Positions 59,894 to 64,000 of a DNA stretch of 64,000 nt are shown here, piece after piece. This DNA comes from Bacillales bacterium. Its GTDB lineage: Bacteria; Bacillota_I; Bacilli_A; RFN20; CAG-449. The notes under the pieces were generated by a model. That model was given only the letters and a program-made list of their open reading frames with translations. It searched no databases and was not told the origin of the DNA. The position numbers and the translations under genes were made by a program. Location of the stretch: positions 3,239-67,238 of the forward strand of contig JAQXGN010000055.1 of NCBI GenBank assembly GCA_029006735.1, read 5' to 3'. Each line of letters opens with the position of its first letter. Position 1 is the first letter of the stretch.

Positions 59894-60294
59894 TATTTTC
59901 CCTCCCAAAGTTCAATACGGCATTGGGCACGAACTAATGCTTCATTAGCACGAATTTTATCAATACTAGGATCGTTATTTTCTAAGCGAGATTTTGCTCT
60001 TTCTAATGCTTTTTTTGCTCGATCAATATCAATATCTTCTTTTAAATTGAAACTAGAAACAATGATATTAACCTCTTCTTCTCTAACTTGAAGTATCCCA
60101 TTTCCTGCGAAAAAGTTAGTTATTTTATTATCAATGTAAAAATGACCTATACAATTTACGATATTAGTAACTAATGGAAAGTGAGATGGAAGTATAGTTA
60201 AATAACCTTCACTACTTCTAATAGTTAATGAAGATACATTATTACTATATAAAACTCCACTAGGAGTGATTACTTTAAATAAAAATTCTGACAT
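59893..60294 (-). CDS. atpC: F0F1 ATP synthase subunit epsilon
   Basis: MSEFLFKVITPSG... The start ATG 60294 lies 1 nt after the atpD TAG. The ORF-track extension to 60333 overlaps atpD. Confidence 0.85.
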   Translation of the reverse strand: MSEFLFKVITPSGVLYSNNVSSLTIRSSEGYLTILPSHFPLVTNIVNCIGHFYIDNKITNFFAGNGILQVREEEVNIIVSSFNLKEDIDIDRAKKALERAKSRLENNDPSIDKIRANEALVRAQCRIELWEGK

Positions 60295-60295
60295 A

Positions 60296-61702
<1,407 letters not shown>

Positions 61703-62560
61703 CTATTGAGCATTAGCTCCACCAACAATTTCTGTAATTTCTTGCGTAATTGCTTGTTGACGAGCTTTATTATATTGTATTTGTAATTTTTCTATAATTT
61801 CTCCAGCGTTTTCTGTTGCAGTATCCATTGCATTTGATCTAGATGCTTGTTCAGAAGCACTTGATTCTATTAATCTACCTTGAATCATACTTTCTAAATA
61901 TAAAGGAACTAAAGATTTTAATACTTCTTTACTATTTGGTTCAATTAACATTTCCTTTTCTTTATTAGATAAGACGATTTCTTCATTTAATGTAATTGGA
62001 TATACATCTTCGATAGTTGGAATAAATGTAATCGAGTTCTTAAATGATGTATAAGCAATTTTTACATCACTAACTTGTCCTTTATGTAAATAAGACATTA
62101 AGTGATTTCTTAATTTACGGGTGGAATCTAAATCTAGGTGTGATAATATATCGACAAATGATGAATCGACATTATAACCATTTCTTGTAAAATAAGATAA
62201 TCCTTTACTACCAATAATAAGAACAATATCATTCTTTTTATCGATTTTATTCTTTAAAATTTTATAAAGATTATAATTATAGCCACCACATAACCCTAAA
62301 GTAGAAGTAACGACTATATATAAGGATTTATTTTCTAAACAAGTTGAACCAAAAACTTCTTTTTTATCTTCTTCAGAAACAGCATTAAGCAAAATCCCCA
62401 TCAAACGATGTAAACTAGAAGTATAAACATTTGTACCTTGTAATTTATTCTTCCAAATTCTTAATTTACTAGTCGCGACAAGTTTCATCGCATTAGTAAT
62501 CTTTTTTGTTGAATTAACACTACTAATACGTCTTTTTGTTGCTTGTAAACCAAGTGACAT
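61703..62560 (-). CDS. atpG: F0F1 ATP synthase subunit gamma
   Basis: N-terminal ...RISSVNSTKKITNAMKLVATSKL and C-terminal ITQEITEIVGGA. Confidence 0.9.
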   Translation of the reverse strand: MSLGLQATKRRISSVNSTKKITNAMKLVATSKLRIWKNKLQGTNVYTSSLHRLMGILLNAVSEEDKKEVFGSTCLENKSLYIVVTSTLGLCGGYNYNLYKILKNKIDKKNDIVLIIGSKGLSYFTRNGYNVDSSFVDILSHLDLDSTRKLRNHLMSYLHKGQVSDVKIAYTSFKNSITFIPTIEDVYPITLNEEIVLSNKEKEMLIEPNSKEVLKSLVPLYLESMIQGRLIESSASEQASRSNAMDTATENAGEIIEKLQIQYNKARQQAITQEITEIVGGANAQ

Positions 62561-62597
62561 ATAATCTTACCTCCTTTCAAAATGTAACATTAAACAT

Positions 62598-64000
62598 TTA
62601 TTTTAATTTATTAAAGAACACACTCATAACTTCTTTCATATGAGCGTCTAATTCATTTGAAATTACTTTCTTAGCATCTAATTCATCTAAAATATCATGA
62701 TGATTTAATGAAATATCATCAAATAAATCATCTAATGATTTCTTAACACTTGCAGTTTCTAAATCATCGATAAAGCGATTTTTTGCAGCAAATAATTCAA
62801 TAATTTGACGATTTGTTGAATATGGTGAATATTGATTTTGTTTTAAAACTTCCATTAATTTTTCACCATGATTTAATACTTTCTTTGTTTCTGCATCTAA
62901 GTCAGAACCAAATTGCGAGAATGCTTGTAATTCACGATAGTTAGCAAGTTCAATTTTTAAAGAACCTGCGACTTGTTTCATCGCTTTAATTTGGGCAGCA
63001 GAGCCAACTCTAGAAACTGATAAACCCGAATCGATAGCAGGTCTTTGACCAGCATTAAATAATTCAGTTTGTAAGAAGATTTGTCCATCAGTAATCGAAA
63101 TAACATTAGTTGGAATATATGCCGAAATATCACCAGCTTGAGTTTCAATAATAGGTAAAGCGGTAATAGAACCACCACCATTTTCTTCATTAACACGACA
63201 AGCTCTTTCTAATAATCTACTATGTAAATAGAAAACATCACCTGGGAAAGCTTCTCTACCTGGAGCTCTACGTAATAATAGAGCCATAGTACGATATGCA
63301 ACAGCATGTTTAGATAAATCATCATATACTACTAAACAATCTTTTCCTTGTTCCATCCAATGTTCTGCAATAGTAACACCAGCATATGGAGCAATATATT
63401 GTAAAGGAGCAAGTTCACTAGCAGTAGCAGAAACAACAACAGTATAATCCATTGCTCCTGCCTTTTTTAATTTTTCAACTAAATGAGCAACTGTTGAATT
63501 CTTTTGACCAATAGCAACATAAATACAATAACAATTCTTTCCTTTTTGGTTGATAATTGTATCTAAAGCAATTGCAGTTTTACCAGTTTGACGATCACCA
63601 ATAATCAATTCTCTTTGACCTCTACCAATTGGAATCATAGCATCAATTGCTTTAATACCAGTTTGAGGAGGAACAGAAACAGATTTTCTAGTCATAACGC
63701 CAGGAGCAATTCTTTCAATTGGACGATGTGCACTACATTTAATATCACCTAAGCCATCTAAAGGTTGACCTAAGGAATTAACTACTCTACCTAAAAGTGC
63801 ATCACCGACAGGAACTTCAACAATTCTTCCTGTTCTTTTAACGATATCTCCTTCTTTAATTTGTTGATCTGAACCAAGCATAACTACACCAACAGAATCT
63901 TCATTTAAGTTAAATGCCATACCATAAATGCCATGAGGGAATTCTAATAACTCATTCAACATACATTTATCTAAGCCATAGACTGTTGAAACACCATCAC
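62598..64000 (-). CDS. atpA: F0F1 ATP synthase subunit alpha (5' end outside the window)
   Basis: GDRQTGKT Walker A. The frame stays open upstream of the ORF-track Met (…[20 protein letters not shown]) to the window edge. Confidence 0.95.
   Translation of the reverse strand, partial: DGVSTVYGLDKCMLNELLEFPHGIYGMAFNLNEDSVGVVMLGSDQQIKEGDIVKRTGRIVEVPVGDALLGRVVNSLGQPLDGLGDIKCSAHRPIERIAPGVMTRKSVSVPPQTGIKAIDAMIPIGRGQRELIIGDRQTGKTAIALDTIINQKGKNCYCIYVAIGQKNSTVAHLVEKLKKAGAMDYTVVVSATASELAPLQYIAPYAGVTIAEHWMEQGKDCLVVYDDLSKHAVAYRTMALLLRRAPGREAFPGDVFYLHSRLLERACRVNEENGGGSITALPIIETQAGDISAYIPTNVISITDGQIFLQTELFNAGQRPAIDSGLSVSRVGSAAQIKAMKQVAGSLKIELANYRELQAFSQFGSDLDAETKKVLNHGEKLMEVLKQNQYSPYSTNRQIIELFAAKNRFIDDLETASVKKSLDDLFDDISLNHHDILDELDAKKVISNELDAHMKEVMSVFFNKLK

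Overview
This is 64 kb of core chromosome from a very AT-rich, endospore-forming Firmicute using the standard genetic code. Spo0A, SpoIVB, pro-sigma-K, YqfC/YqfD and a Cse60-like protein are all present. Gene content is almost entirely housekeeping. It reads like a compacted mosaic of the Bacillus subtilis yqe/yqf/yqh/yqi neighbourhoods: plsY-parE-parC; yqeG-yqeH-yhbY-nadD::yqeK-rsfS-mtnN; deoB-xerD-dinB; spo0A-spoIVB-recN-xseBA-nusB; tex; leuS; hisS-aspS; relA-apt; rpoD-dnaG-glyQS-recO-era-cdd-ybeY; yqfCD; dnaI-dnaB; pyk-glcK; thrS; and the 3' half of the atp operon. Three T-box leaders (leuS, hisS-aspS, thrS) are readable. I saw no tRNA or rRNA genes, CRISPR arrays, IS elements, prophage or recognisable defence islands. 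The observations most worth a second look are these. (1) A canonical 28-bp dif site lies at 10670-10697, in the 367-bp gap where + strand genes (1.1-10.5 kb) converge on a 43-kb run of - strand genes, so the window appears to span the replication terminus. (2) A 33-bp element occurs three times (221-253, 10813-10845, 15746-15778). Each copy is three TACTA-N6 units in exact 11-bp phase, all in the same orientation around dif, and no annotated feature explains it. It may be a protein-binding array, possibly Ter-like or terminus-associated. (3) A C39 peptidase plus ABC-type membrane domain protein with no ATPase domain sits between the sporulation genes yqfCD and ybeY. (4) An IspH homologue keeps its three cluster cysteines but has lost the catalytic His/Glu. 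(5) ParC carries an acidic tail ending in a canonical QLSLF clamp-binding pentapeptide. (6) An unknown polytopic membrane protein is translationally coupled (TAATG) to atpC. All calls come from reading translations and motifs by eye; no database search or computation was run.
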